Origin: the human T2T-CHM13v2.0 reference genome, Homo sapiens
Strand: one strand, 5' to 3'
Assembly: GCF_009914755.1 (NCBI RefSeq)
Contig: NC_060943.1
Length of the DNA: 64,000 nt
The position numbers and the translations under genes were made by a program. Below are positions 1-43,064 of the stretch, piece after piece (position 1 is the stretch's first letter; each line of letters begins with the position of its first letter). The notes under the pieces were generated by a model. That model made no database searches. It was not told the origin of the DNA and saw nothing but the letters and a program-made list of their open reading frames with translations.

Positions 1-696
1 CTAATCTCAAGTACCCAGTGACACAAACACTGCGGAAGACCGCAGGGACCTCTGCCTAGGAAAGCCAGGTATTGTCCAAGGTTTCTCCCCATGTGATAGT
101 CTGAAATATGGCCTCATGGGAAGGGAAAGATCTGACCGTCCCCCAGCCCGACACCCGTAAAGGGTCTGTGCTGAGGAGGATTAGTAAAACAGGAAGGAAC
201 GCCTCTTCGCAGTTGAGACAAGAGGAAGGCATCTGTCTCCTGCCCGTCCCTGGGCAAGTCTTGGTATAAAACCCGATTGTATGTTCCATCTACTGAGATA
301 GGGGAAAACTGCCTTAGGGCTGGAGGTGGAACATGCGGGCAACAATACTGCTCTGTAAGGCACTGAGATGTTTATATGTATGCATATCTAAAGTACAGCA
401 TTTAATTCTTTACCTTGTCTATGAACCGTTGTTCACGTGTTTATCTGCTGACCCTCTCTCCACTATTATCCTATGACCCTGACGCATCCCCCTCTCCAAG
501 AAACACCCAAGAATGATCAGTAAATACTAAGGGAACTCAGAGGCTGGAGGGATCCTCCGTATGCTGAACGCTGGTCCCCTGGGCCCCCTTTATTTCTTTC
601 TCTATACTTTGTTTCTGTGTCTTTTTCTCTTCCAAAGTCTCTCGTTCCACCTAACGAGAAACACCCACAGGTGTGGAGGGGCAACCCATCCCTTCA
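1..696 (+). mobile_element. HERV-K (HML-2) LTR5-family LTR, 5' part outside window; solo or 3' LTR
   Basis: Matches recalled LTR5 sequence (gacctctgcctaggaaagccaggtattgtccaagg; aagggaactcagaggctgg; end ggggcaacccatcccttCA at 695-696). TATAAAA at 265-271. Poly(A) hexamer reads AGTAAA at 519-524. No primer-binding site follows. Confidence 0.9.
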
Positions 697-712
697 GACA
701 ATTGGGAGGTGA

Positions 713-10075
<9,363 letters not shown>

Positions 10076-10154
10076 ACTCTGGGCCTCCTCAAACTCAGTG
10101 CCTGGGTCCAGGGCCCCAGTGCTTCCAGACCAAGACTTGGGCCACCACTTGTCC

Positions 10155-10160
10155 AATAAA
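10155..10160 (+). terminator. TIMM50: TIMM50 poly(A) signal AATAAA
   Basis: Canonical hexamer 80 nt after the stop codon. Confidence 0.75.
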
Positions 10161-11162
10161 GTACATCCCAGACGCCACACCTGCTGTGTCCCGAGAGTCT
10201 CCAGATGGGGGCATCAGGGTGAGGTCCGGGACTCTTGGGTCATCGTCCCACAGTGGCTGATCGGCTGCCAAGCACAGTGGGGGTGCTTTGTTGGATCAGA
10301 GCAGATTTTTCACCCTGGTCTCGGAATCTAAAAACCCTCGCTGTGTCTTCCTGTGTGTTGCGTGATCTGTGAAAAATACATCTCCCTCTGACCACAGACT
10401 CCTCATCTGTGGAGAAGGGAAGAGAGGATGGCACTTGGCTTTAAAGACAGGTAGCTGCCAGGCTACTGTGGAGAGAATGTGTTATGGGCCTAGTGGGCCT
10501 CTGGTGGACCAGAGATTACCCCTCTCAACAGGCCAGCTGCTGGTTGGCTCCAGCCAGTGTGGCCCTGGGGTAAAGGGGGCCTGGAGTTGCTTGACACGCC
10601 AGTTGTTCAAAAGAAGCAAGAACTTGGGAATATTTTTTTTTTTTTTTTGAGACAGGGTCTCACTGTTGCCCAGGCTGGAGTGCATTGATGTGATCTTAGC
10701 TTACAACAGCCTTGACCTCCCGGCTCAAGTGATCTCCAAGTGACCCTCCTGCCTCAGCCTCCTGAGTACCCTCCTGGGGACTACAGGTGCGTGCTACCAT
10801 ACCCAGCTAATTTAAACAAATTTTTTTTTTGTAGAGATGGGGTCTTGGTGCCCAAGCTGGTCTCAAACTCCTAGTCTTAAGCAATCTTCCTGCTTTGGCC
10901 TCCCAAAGCGCTAGGATTCCAGGTGTGAGCTACTGTGCCCAGCTAAAATAGGGATTTTTATATTAAATCTCCCTATTTTAAAATGTTGGCTCCTAGCGGG
11001 GCGCAGTGGCTCACGCCTGTAATCCCAGCACTTTGGGAGGCTGAGGTGGGTGGATCACCTGAGGTCAGGAGTTCAAGACCAGCCTCAACATGGAGAAACC
11101 CCATCTCTACTAAAAATACAAAATTAGCTGGGCGTGGTGGAGCATGCCTGTGATCCCAGCTA

Positions 11163-11309
<147 letters not shown>

Positions 11310-11334
11310 CTAACTAAAACAGGCAGATATGTAG

Positions 11335-12320
<986 letters not shown>

Positions 12321-12823
12321 TGTATTAAGAGTATGAGTCCCAGATTGTGTAAGTTCAAATCCAAGCTCTACCACTTCTCGGCTGGCTTGTGATCCTGTGC
12401 AAGTTACTTTACCTCTCAGTGCCTCGGTTTCTACATTTATAAAATAATAACTGGGCAGGCACAGTGGCTCATGGCTGTCATCCCAACACTTCAGGAGGCC
12501 GAGGTGGGAGGATCGCCTGAGGCCAGGAGTTGGAGAGCAGCCTGGGCAACATGGGAAGAGCCTGTCTCTTGCGGGGGGGGGAGAAGAAAGTTCTTGTCTC
12601 AGGCTAGCTTTGGGGACCAAATGAAGCACTCCCATGTAGGCACTCAAATGGAACTATGTAAACCTTAGGCAAGGCACCTCTGCCTCAGTTTCCTCATCTC
12701 TAAAATGGGGTGATGGTAGTATGTTAGCAGAGTGGTTGTGAGGAGTGAACGGGACAGTCCGTATGTGGGTTATATGTATATATTCCCAGGTGCTTGCTGT
12801 TACCAGGCCATATGGGTTATTCA

Positions 12824-13346
<523 letters not shown>

Positions 13347-13402
13347 CTAGATTTTTTTTTTTTTGAAGCCTCTACAAAGGATAATTAAAATTTACACCAT
13401 GA

Positions 13403-14080
<678 letters not shown>

Positions 14081-15092
14081 GCCACCACACTCAGTTAATT
14101 TTTGTATTTTTAGTAGAGACAGTTTCACCATGTTGGCCAGGCTGGTCTCGAACTCCTGACCTGAGGCGATCTGCCCGCCTCAGACTTCCAAAGTATGGGG
14201 ATTACAGGTGTGAGCCACTGTGCCCGGCCTAATTTTTGTATTTTTAGTAGAGATGGGGTTTCACCCCGTTGGTCAGGCTGGTCTTGAACTTCTGACCTCA
14301 TGATCCACCTGCCTCGGCCTCCCAAAGTGCTGGGATTACAGGCGTGAGCCACCGCGCCTGGCTTTTTGTTTTGTTTTGAGACAGTGTCTCACTCTTGCTC
14401 ACACTGGAGTGCAGTGGCGCTGTCACCACTCACTGCAGCCTCGACCTCCTGGGCCCTCGTGATCCTCCCACCTCAGCCTCCCAAGTAACTGAGACTACAG
14501 GCACATGCCAACATGCCAAGCTAATTTTTTGCATTTTTTTTTTTTAAGAGAGATGAGGTTTCAGGCCGGGCACGGTGGCTCACAGCTGTCATCCCAGCAC
14601 TTTGGGAGGCCAAGGTGGGCGAATCACGAGGCCAGGAGTTCAAGACCAGCCTGGCCAACTTGGTGAAACCCCGCCTCTACTAAAAATACCAAAGAGTGGC
14701 TGGGCGTAGTGGTGGGCGCCTGTAATCCCAGTCACTCGGAGGCTGAGGCAGGAGAATCGCTTGAACCCAGGAGGCGGAGGTTGCAGTGAGCCGAGATCGC
14801 AACACTGCACTCCAGCCCAGGTGACAGAGTGAGACTCTGTCTCAAAAAAACCAAAAAACCAAAGCTCTGCTGTCATGAGCTGATGTTCAGTGTTCTCATG
14901 GAGGAGACAAACAATGATCAGATAACTTCCTAGGGTAATAAATGCATAAAGAAAAAGTATAGCAAGGAGCAGCAGTGATCTGGGGACTCAGAGGACTGGT
15001 TTAGACCTGATGGGATGGTCGGGAGGCCTCTTGGGAAGGCGCATCTGAGCAGAGATGGGATGAAGTGAGGAGGGAAGCCCTGGGATAGCTGA

Positions 15093-15567
<475 letters not shown>

Positions 15568-15809
15568 TAAAGAAAAGTTGTGAATAGCCAGAAAGATGCT
15601 CAGAAATCCCTTAAAGTACACGACACGACACACGCACACACACCACAAGAAAATCCACAAGAAATGCCATCGTGCCTGCCACAAACCTTCACAAAGGCTG
15701 GCAATTTTTATAATCTTTAAAATTTTAGAGCCAGGCTCAGTGGCTCACGCCTGTAATTCCAGCACTTTAGGAGGCTGAGACAGGAGCATCACTCGAGGCC
15801 AGGAGTTCA

Positions 15810-16091
<282 letters not shown>

Positions 16092-16963
16092 TCAGACCTG
16101 GAATCTGTTCCCCCCAATGATCATCCAGGGCAGGAATTTGCTTCCTTCCATAGCTGGTTGCCCAAATTCTGTTAAAATATATTCTGTGATGGGAAGCCTA
16201 TTCCCTCACCTAACCCAGTATTAGACCTAATTTGCCTCCAGGTGACTTTGGTTTACAAGGTCTGGCTTTACTCCTTGGGGCCACATAACTTGTCTGACCT
16301 CGGGGGGATGTGGAAGGAGGGTCTCAAATGTCAGCCTTAGAAGCTTACATATTTAGAAGGCACTGGGGAGCTACAGAAAAGTCTAATGCAAGTGAAGGAA
16401 ATGGTCTGATTTGTGCTTAGATAAACCCCACAGGGCCAGGCATGGAGGCTCATGCCTGTAATCTCAGCACTTTGGAAGGCCGAGGTGGGAGGATCGCTTT
16501 TGCCCAGGAGTTCAGCCTGGGCAACATAGGGAGACCCCATCTCTACCAAAAATAATAAATTAGCCAGGTGTGGTGGCTCATGCTTGTAATCCTAGCTACT
16601 TGGGAGGCTGAGGTGGGAGGATCATTTAAGCCCGGGAAGTCGAGGCTGCAGTAAGCTAGGATAATGCCACTGCACCGCAGCCTGGGCAACAGAGACCCCA
16701 TCTCAAAAAAATAAAGACCTCATAGGCCAGAATGGTCAAGGCTGAGGGAGGCACAGACAGAGGGGTCGGGCAGAATAAAAGAATCATAGGGGGATGTGGG
16801 AGCTCAGAGGAGGTGCTTGATGCTTCTGGGGAGTGTTAGGTAGTGCTGCCTGGAGGAGGTGAAGTCTGAATGGTGAAAAAGGAATTAAAGAAGGGAGTGG
16901 AGCCGGGCACGTTGGGTCACGCCTGTAATCCCAGCACTTTGGGAGGCCGAGGTGGGCGGATCA

Positions 16964-17284
<321 letters not shown>

Positions 17285-17536
17285 TCAAACGCCACTGTTG
17301 TCAGAATTAAGAGAAGAATCTTTAGGCTGTTTTTTTCTCCTCCTCCTCCTCCTTTTCTTTTTTTTTGTAGAAAAGTGTGTCTTGCTGTGTTGCCCAGGCT
17401 GGTCTCAAATTCCTGGCCTCAAGCAGTCCCCTGCCTCAGCCTCGGAAAGTACTGGGATTATAGGCGTGAGCCGCTGTGCCCAGCCTGGTCTTCTTTCATT
17501 CATTAAAAAATTAACTGCGCAGGGATTAGTGGCTCA

Positions 17537-17867
<331 letters not shown>

Positions 17868-18189
17868 CTAGGCTTCGTTGGTTACTATATCTTACTTCTC
17901 TGGAAAAAGACATATAAATTGAACCTGTATTTTCCCCTATAATTATTAGCCTCTAAGCACTAAAGTTTTTTACTTTGGGGGGGAAAAAAAAGAAGTTACC
18001 CCAGCTCAAGGGTTTTGCCCCATGCCTGGCAGGGAGCAATTATGACCAGAGGGGCTGGGACATCTGCTCCTAATTGGCTTTTCCTGCTGAGGTCCTGGAA
18101 TACTAAAGGGTTTCTGAAGGGCCCGGGATGTCCCCCCCCCCAGTTCTTCTGGGGTGGGGGAGCGGGTCCCTGTATGTGAAGACGGAATT

Positions 18190-18305
18190 TCCTGCCCATT
18201 TGCTCCTCACACCTTCCGGAGGCCAAACGGGCAGCCCAGCTGCGGCCCGAAGGGGGAGGGGCTCGGCCGCCCGGCAGATGGCGGCATTTACATACAGCTG
18301 GGAGC
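18190..18305 (+). promoter_or_regulatory. DLL3: DLL3 upstream proneural enhancer: E-box cluster with octamer/E-box composite
   Basis: CATTTG 18197-18202, CAGCTG 18237-18242, CAGATG 18275-18280, ATTTACAT-A-CAGCTG 18286-18300. Confidence 0.7.
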
Positions 18306-18407
18306 CCCCTCTTGAGGCCGAGCTCCTCGCCCTGGCGTCTGGTGCGTCCGCGATGCGGGGTTTGGGAGGGTGGCTTTGTCTTGCGGAGGGGGAACACACA
18401 CACGCCT

Positions 18408-18603
18408 GCACACAGGGGTCCACAAAGAGCCCTGGATCTTCATCGTATCCACACACAGCTACACCCGTGGATCTCCCAAACCCAGTCTCATTCACACAAA
18501 CCAGCGCACACAGGGGTCTACAAAGAACTCCGGATCTTCATCGTATTCACACGCGGCTGCATCCGTGGACCTCTCAAACCCAGTCTCATTCACACACAGG
18601 CGC
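18408..18603. repeat. Two-copy tandem duplication, 98-bp period
   Basis: gcacacaggggtc(c/t)acaaaga...ggatcttcatcgtat...aaacccagtctcattcacaca starts at 18408 and again at 18506. Confidence 0.9.
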
Positions 18604-19099
18604 CCTCAGCCATTCACCACCTTGCACAGCCTCTACCACACCCGCACAGAGCACAAAGTCACAGGTTTATACGCCTATACAGGATCTCCCATAAACACAC
18701 ACGCACAGAGAAGCAGCCACACAGCCACACAATCTCAAAGCGTCACACAATCACGAAGTCGTGTACACTTCTAGTGTCCCACTCGGGTGTGCGTGCAGAA
18801 TCAGAATTGTTTACAACCTCATAAATGTGTCAATCACACACAACTCCAGGCGTATGCTGAGCCGCACAGTCCCACGTGGACTCACAATGACAAAGTCATG
18901 TGCACCCTCCGGTAGCTCTGGTTCATACCACACACACAAAATCTTAAAATCATGTACAACCTCACACACAGGCTTAGCCCCCTAACCCCACCCCACCCTA
19001 GCCACACAAAAAGTCGCGGGATCACCCACGCATGACCTCGCTCGTGCCCACGACCACAGACGGAATCTCGCTGTTGCTCCTGCACGCTCCCCCTCCCCT

Positions 19100-19231
19100 G
19101 TGACCGCCCCCCCCGCCCCGCCCTTGGTCCCTTGGGGCCGGGTAGCTGCCTGAAGGGGCGGGGCCATTCTCTCAGATATAAGGCTTGGAAGCCAGCAGCT
19201 GCGACTCCCGAGACCCCCCCACCAGAAGGCC
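19100..19231 (+). promoter_or_regulatory. DLL3: DLL3 core promoter
   Basis: GC box GGGGCGGGGC 19155-19164, TATAA 19177-19181, CAGCTG 19196-19201. Confidence 0.7.
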
Positions 19232-28270
<9,039 letters not shown>

Positions 28271-28508
28271 ATTGGGTAGAGTCTCTGGAAGGTTTTAAGC
28301 CCATTTTCAGTTCTAACTTACTTTCATCCTATTTTGCATCCCTCTTATCGTTTTGAGCTACCTGCCATCTTCTCTTTGAAAAACCTATGGGCTTGAGGAG
28401 GTCACGATGCCGACTCCGCCAGAGCTTTTCCACTGATTGTACTCAGCGGGGAGGCAGGGGAGGCAGAGGGGCAGCCTCTCTAATGCTTCCTACTCATTTT
28501 GTTTCTAG

Positions 28509-28514
28509 GCCTGA
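28509..28514 (+). CDS. DLL3: Terminal coding bases (GCC TGA) of the 587-aa isoform ending YAREA*, after intron 28172-28508
   Basis: Donor GAG|gtagcg at 28171/28172; acceptor cattttgtttctag|GCC TGA at 28508/28509; total 1764 nt. Confidence 0.85.
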   Translation, partial: A

Positions 28515-28703
28515 CGCGTCTCCTCCATCCGCACCTGGAGTCAGAGCGTGGATTTTTGTATTTGCTCGGTGGTGCCCAGTCTCTGCCCCAGAGGCTTTGG
28601 AGTTCAATCTTGAAGGGGTGTCTGGGGGAACTTTACTGTTGCAAGTTGTAAATAATGGTTATTTATATCCTATTTTTTCTCACCCCATCTCTCTAGAAAC
28701 ACC

Positions 28704-28709
28704 TATAAA
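28704..28709 (+). terminator. DLL3: Probable non-canonical DLL3 poly(A) signal TATAAA
   Basis: No AATAAA seen in the 3' UTR; this variant is followed by GT/T-rich sequence. Confidence 0.45.
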
Positions 28710-29990
28710 GGCTATTATTGTGATCAGTTTTGACTAACGAGGCTGAATGCTTTGTATTTGATGTTGGGGCTGAGGGGAAGAGATTTTGTCTCCTGAGGAG
28801 AATAGTAGACAGGACTCTTTATGTTGTAGGGGTCGGAAACGACTCAAACTGCTTTAAATATAAAAGAATTTATGGCTGGGTGCAGTGGCTCACGGCTGTA
28901 ATCCCACTGAACCACTGAGTGAGATCAGTGCTGAAGCAGGAGGATTGCTTGAGGCTGGGAGTTGGAGAGCAGCTGGGCAACACAGCGAGACCCCTATACG
29001 AAAAATTAAAACAAAATTAGCCAGGCCTGGTGGCGCACCTGTAGTTCTACATACTTGTGAGGCTGAGGCCGGGAGGATCGCCTCAGCTCAGGAGTTTGAG
29101 GCTGCAGTGAGCTATGATCACACCACTGCACTAAAGCCTGGGCAATACAGCAAGATCCTGTCTCTTTAAAAAAAAATGTATTAGTGGCCGGGCGTGGTGG
29201 CTCACCCCTGTAATCCCAGCACTTTGGGAGGCTGAGGTGGGTGGATCACCTGAGGTCGGGAGTTGGAGACTAGCCTGGCCAGCATGGCAGAACCTCATCT
29301 CTACTAAAAAATACAAAAATTAGCTGGGTGCAGCGGCAGGCACCTGTAATCTCAGCTACTCAGGAGGCTGAGAACTGCTTGAACTCGGGAAGTGGAGGTT
29401 GCAGTGAGCCGAGATTGTGCCATTGCATTCTAGCCTTGGAGACAGAACAAGACTCTGTCTCAAAAAAAACAAAAACAAAAAACGCATTAGCTCATAAAAT
29501 GGAAAAATCCTAGGGGTAGATATGGTTTCCAGCAGCAATGGACTGGGGCTCTTGGTCTTTCTCCAGTTGCCTCTTCTTACCCCTTGATTGATTTCACTGT
29601 GGGGAATCTCTCATTGGCCCTGGCTCGTTGGTAGGCCCTCCTAAACCAGTCTCCAGGCAGTATGGCTTCCTCTGATTTGGCCAGGCTTGCTTATTGCCTG
29701 TTGTGTGGTAGGGAGTGACGTCAGCCTGCCCAGATCACATGGAATATATAGGTGATGGGGTGTCCCTGCTCCCCTCAGATCAGTTTGTTCCCAGAAATGA
29801 GTACTGTGTCAGGCAGGCAAACTGACAGACCATCTTACAAGAAATAAGGAAACTCCTTAGTCTGAAAGCAGGTAACCTCAGACAGTAATTCAAATTTACA
29901 CCAAAAACCAAAGAGCAGGCTGGGTGCGGTGGCTCATGCCTGTAATCCCAGCACTTTGGGAAGCTGAGGCGGGTGGATCACCTGAAGTCA

Positions 29991-30233
<243 letters not shown>

Positions 30234-30321
30234 TTATGTAATTATAAGGATTACAGTGGGCTGGGAGCGGTGGCTCACGCCTATAATCCCAGCACTTTGG
30301 GAGGCCTAGGCGGGCGTATCA

Positions 30322-30853
<532 letters not shown>

Positions 30854-30854
30854 A

Positions 30855-31013
<159 letters not shown>

Positions 31014-31310
31014 TAGTAGAGATGGGGTTTCTCCATGTTGGTCAGCCTGGTCTTGAACTCCTGACCTCAGGTGATCCGCCTGCCTCGGTCTCCCAAAGTG
31101 CTGGGATTACAGGCATGAGCCACCGAGCCTGGCCTAGAAGATTCATCTTAAGGCCAGGCATGGTGGCTCACACCTGTAATTCCAGAATTTTGGGAAGTTG
31201 AGGCAGGAGACTCACTTGAGCCCAGGAGTTCGAGACCAGCATGGGCAACATGGCAAAACCCTATCTCTACAAAAAAAATTGAAAAAATCAGCCAAGTGTG
31301 GTGTCATTCA

Positions 31311-32588
<1,278 letters not shown>

Positions 32589-33002
32589 ATACCCATATAA
32601 GAAGCCAGAGGCTGGGCACGGTGGCTCATGCCTGTAATCTCAACACTTTGGGAGGCTGAGGCGGGTGGATCACTTGAGGCCAGGAATTTGAGACCAACCT
32701 GACCGACATGGTGAAACCAACCCCGTCTCTACAAAAACATACAAAAATTAGCCAGACATAGTGGCGCTCACCTGTAATCCCAGTTACTTGGGTGGTGGAG
32801 GCACAAAAATCGCTTGACCCCAGGAGGCAGAGGTTGAAGTTAGCCGAGATCGTGCCAATACACTCCAGCATGGGTGACAGAGCAAGACTCTGTCTCAAAA
32901 AAAAAAAAAAAAAATGGCCAGGCGCGGTGGGTCACAGTGGCGGACCACCTGAGGTCAGGAGTTCAAGACGAGCTTGGCCAATGTGGTGAAACCCCATCTC
33001 TA

Positions 33003-33383
<381 letters not shown>

Positions 33384-34097
33384 GAGTTGGGTTTTGCTGC
33401 AATAACAAATTTCCCTCAAATCTTACTGACTTACACAATCACAGGTTTCTTTTTTGTTCATGGCACACATCCAGGCCACCAGGCTTTTCGTTTTTGTTCA
33501 AGAGACATAGTCTTGCTCTTGTTCTGTCACCCAGTCTAGAGTGCAGTGGTGTGATCATAGCTCATGGCAGCCTCAGTCTTCTGGGCTCAAGTGATCCTCC
33601 TGCCTCAGCCTCCTGAGTAGCTGGAACTGTGGGTGCATACCAGCATACCTAGCTAAGTTTCAAGTTTTTTGTAGAGAGGGGTTCCTGGTATGTTGTCCAG
33701 TCTGGTCTTGAACCCCTGGGCTCAAGCAGTCCCCCTGGGCTCAAGCAGTCCTCTTGGTTTGGTCTCCAGAAGTGCTGCAATTACAGGCAGGGTTTTACCA
33801 TGTTGGCCAGGCTGATCGTGAACTCCTGACCTCAGGTGATCCACCGGCTTGCTCTCCCAAAGTGTTGGAATTACCGGCGTGAGCCACCGCTCCCCATCAG
33901 GGGCTTTTTTTTTTTTTTTTTTTTTTAAATCAGTCTCTAACACTGGAACACTTTTCTGCTTCGGAAGTAAAACCATCAGGCTGTTAGACACAGACACCCC
34001 TCTCTTGGCTTCCTTCAAATTACTGAAAACAAGTCTCTCCACCCCCTACCGTACCAACCAACCAACCAAAGACTGGCCAGCACATGCTGTAGTCTCA

Positions 34098-34232
<135 letters not shown>

Positions 34233-34707
34233 TTAAAAAGTACATGTCTGATGTGCTTACAAAAAATAAAAGAAGATCCTTGGTTAATGGCCCTGCCCCT
34301 TACTCCAAGGCCATATTTGCTGTGCTCACTGTCTGGGCTCTAGTCCTGCTGCCTCCAGCTAACTCCTCCTTTACCTGGCTAACCCTTTGTCTCTTTATTA
34401 ATGCCATAAACATTTATTGAGCACCTACTACATGCCAGATCTTATTCTGGGAGCTGGGAATACAGCAGTAAACAAGACGGACAAGACCCCATCCTTGAGG
34501 AGCTCACAGCTTGACATTCCTTCTCAAAGTGGTTAAGCCCCAGGATGCTGGAGCCTGACGGGTTGAGTTTGAATCCCAGCTCTGCCATTTAACTAGCTGT
34601 GGGCAAATGTTTAGCGCCTAGTACTGTAATAAATGTGAACTCTCAGCCGGGCGCAGTGGCTCACGCATGTAATCCCAGTAGTTTGGGAGGCTGAGGCGGG
34701 TGGGTCA

Positions 34708-35031
<324 letters not shown>

Positions 35032-35472
35032 TCATCCCTGCCCTGAACGCTCTGGGCTGTAGCCCTTTGGTAATGGGTATGTGTCCCCTACTGGACAGGG
35101 AGCCTGGTGAGGGCAGGGACCAGGGCTTTCCTGATGCCTGCTCTGTCCCCAAATTCACCCAGCAGAGAAGTGTGCACGCAGCAGGCACTCAGTACACATA
35201 TGCTGAACACCTGAGTGTCACCGACAGCTGCGGAGGCACTGGGGCAATCTGTGTGTTTCTCAGCCTGGCGTCGGGGGTTAAGGGGGCGGGAATTACTCGG
35301 CGAGGTCGGGAGGTCGCGCGGTGGAACCCGGGGGCCAGGTGGAACTCGGTGTAACAGAGCCCCCAGTGGTCGCGCCGCGTCTCAGAACCCGGTGCGGGAG
35401 ACGCTCTCCCCGCCCAAAGAGGGAAGGCGGGCGGGACTCCCCAACCGGCTTGCCCCGGTCCCCCTGGGCCCC

Positions 35473-39406
<3,934 letters not shown>

Positions 39407-39740
39407 CCGGCAAGGGGTGGAGCTGGAGGTGAGCGTGGAGCTCCCAAGGCTGCGGTGGGAGGGGTGGAGGCCGGGTAGGAGGATGGGGCAGGGCTCTGTC
39501 TCAGTCCTGATCCTAGCTCAGCCGGTTCTCACTGTTAGAATCATGACAAGTCACCTACATTCTTTTCTGAGCCTCAGTTGCCTCATCTGTAAGACCCTGG
39601 GGTAGGACTGTGTTCAGTGAGTTTGAAAAATAGCAAGGAGGCAGGGCACAAGTCTAGCACTTTGGATGGCTAAAATGGCAGATCACTTGAGCCCAGGAGT
39701 TCGAGACCAGCCAGAGCAACATAATGAGACTCTGTCTCTA

Positions 39741-40001
<261 letters not shown>

Positions 40002-40060
40002 TCACGAGGTCAGGAGATCGAGACCATCCTGGCTAACACGGTGAAACCTTGTCTGTACTA

Positions 40061-40357
<297 letters not shown>

Positions 40358-40405
40358 TCATTGTTATTGTTATTTAAAATTCTTTTCTTTCTCTCCCATC
40401 TTAGG

Positions 40406-40476
40406 AGTCTCAGCTGGATGATGAGAAGGGCTGAAATGTTGCCAAGTCAGGTCCTTTTCTGATGGTGGCTGGGGCT
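40406..40476 (+). promoter_or_regulatory. SELENOV: SECIS element of SELENOV in a non-coding 3' exon (acceptor 40404/40405)
   Basis: AUGA 40418-40421, 12 nt, AAA 40434-40436. Helix 2 GAGAAGGGCUG pairs CAG(G)UCCUUUUC. UGAU/UGAU core (40419-40422, 40460-40463). Helix 1 AGUCUCAGCU pairs GGCUGGGGCU. Confidence 0.92.
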
Positions 40477-40873
40477 GGGGTGAGCTCAGGGAGGGGAAGA
40501 GGAGAATACATGCAGAGTCAGCACCCCTGTGTCCAGTCTGACTGTGTCTGCTGTCGCCACACTCACCTCTGAGGTCTGTGGAAGTCACCTGATATTCTGG
40601 CCCCAGGGGTGGGAGGGAGGGGAGCTTGGAAGGCTAGTCCTGTAGCTCCAGTCCTCTGTCTGGCCTCCACTCCTCTTGCTCCTGAGGGCAGTTTGTTTCT
40701 TTTGTGGATTCGTCATTTCCCATGCCCTGGTTCCAGATACATTTTGAAAACCTTCCATCTTATTGGCATTTTCTGGGGTTGTGAGGGAAACGGGGATGGC
40801 AGTCAGACTCAAACCCGTGACACTCCAAACTCGATTATGCTCCAGGGCCCACTTTCTAAACCTGTAAGATCTA

Positions 40874-41104
<231 letters not shown>

Positions 41105-42284
41105 TTAGAATGCCAGTGTTGTAGGGAGCGTCTCTGTGACCTGGGGCTGGAGGAGAGGCATTTTCACATTCATTGGACATTTATGGGCTCCGTACTCTGC
41201 ACCTGGCATGGTGGGGTCAGTGGTCACATGCCAGGAGGTCAAGGGCAAAGGCAGGGGGGGCTCAGACTTTACCACTTAGTTGCTGTGTGACCACCACCAA
41301 GGGACGCCACCTCTCTGAGCCTCCATTTCCTCCTCCATAAAATAGACGTCATAGCACTATTTAACTTGTGGAATTTTTGTGATAATTACATACTAAATTA
41401 TGCTTGGGAAAGGATTAGCAGAAGGCTTATCACAGAATTAGTAAGTTTCAGTTAGTAGTAGATTTCAGTTAAGAGTGCTTTTGCCTACTAGTAACAGCAG
41501 ACTTGACTGCCAATGGCTCACACAGCAGACTTGACTGCCAATGGCTCACACAGTAGAAAACACAAATTCTGTTTTGTTTGTTTTTTGAGATGGAGTCTGG
41601 CTCTGTCACCCAGGCTGGAGTGCAATAGCACAATCTTGGCTTACTGTAACCTCTGCCTCCCTGGGTTTAAGCAATTCTCCTGCCTCAGCTTCCCGAATAG
41701 CTGGGATTACAGGCATGCACCACCACACCCACCTAATTTTTGTATTTTTAGTAGAGATGGGGTTTTGCCATGTTGGACAGGCTGATCTCGAACGCCTGAC
41801 CTCAAGTGATCCGCCCACCTCAGCCTCACTGCTGGGATTAGAGGCGTGAGCCACCTCAGGCCTGATGTTTTCAACACCTGACAGGATAATGTGCTGGCCC
41901 TGTACATACAAATGATATGCTGGTGTGAGTAGGAAATAAGTTATCTATCATGCCTGCTAAGACAGAGTGCTGGAGGGTAGGGGAAAGTCCCAAAACATAT
42001 ATGGGGTTTGTCTCAGTGAAATCTGTATGTGTCAAGCAGTATAAAACATGAGAGGATATTTCCTATGTGAAAGATACTTTCCACCCCCTACAGTTAGGGA
42101 TTTGTTTTTTTTTTTTGAGACAAGAGTCTCGCTCTGTCACCCAGGCTGGAGCGTAGTGGCATGATCTCAGTTCACTGCAGCCTTGAACTCCTGGGCTCAA
42201 GCAATGCTCCCACGTCAGCCTCCCAAGTAGCTGGGGTTACAGGCACGTGCGACCATGCCAGGCTAACGATTTTTTTTTTTTTGA

Positions 42285-42542
<258 letters not shown>

Positions 42543-42626
42543 TGAGCCACTGCACCAGGCAGGCTAATGATTTTTGTATTTTTAGTAGAGACGGGGGTCT
42601 CCTCATGTTGCCCAGGCTGGTCTTGA

Positions 42627-43064
<438 letters not shown>

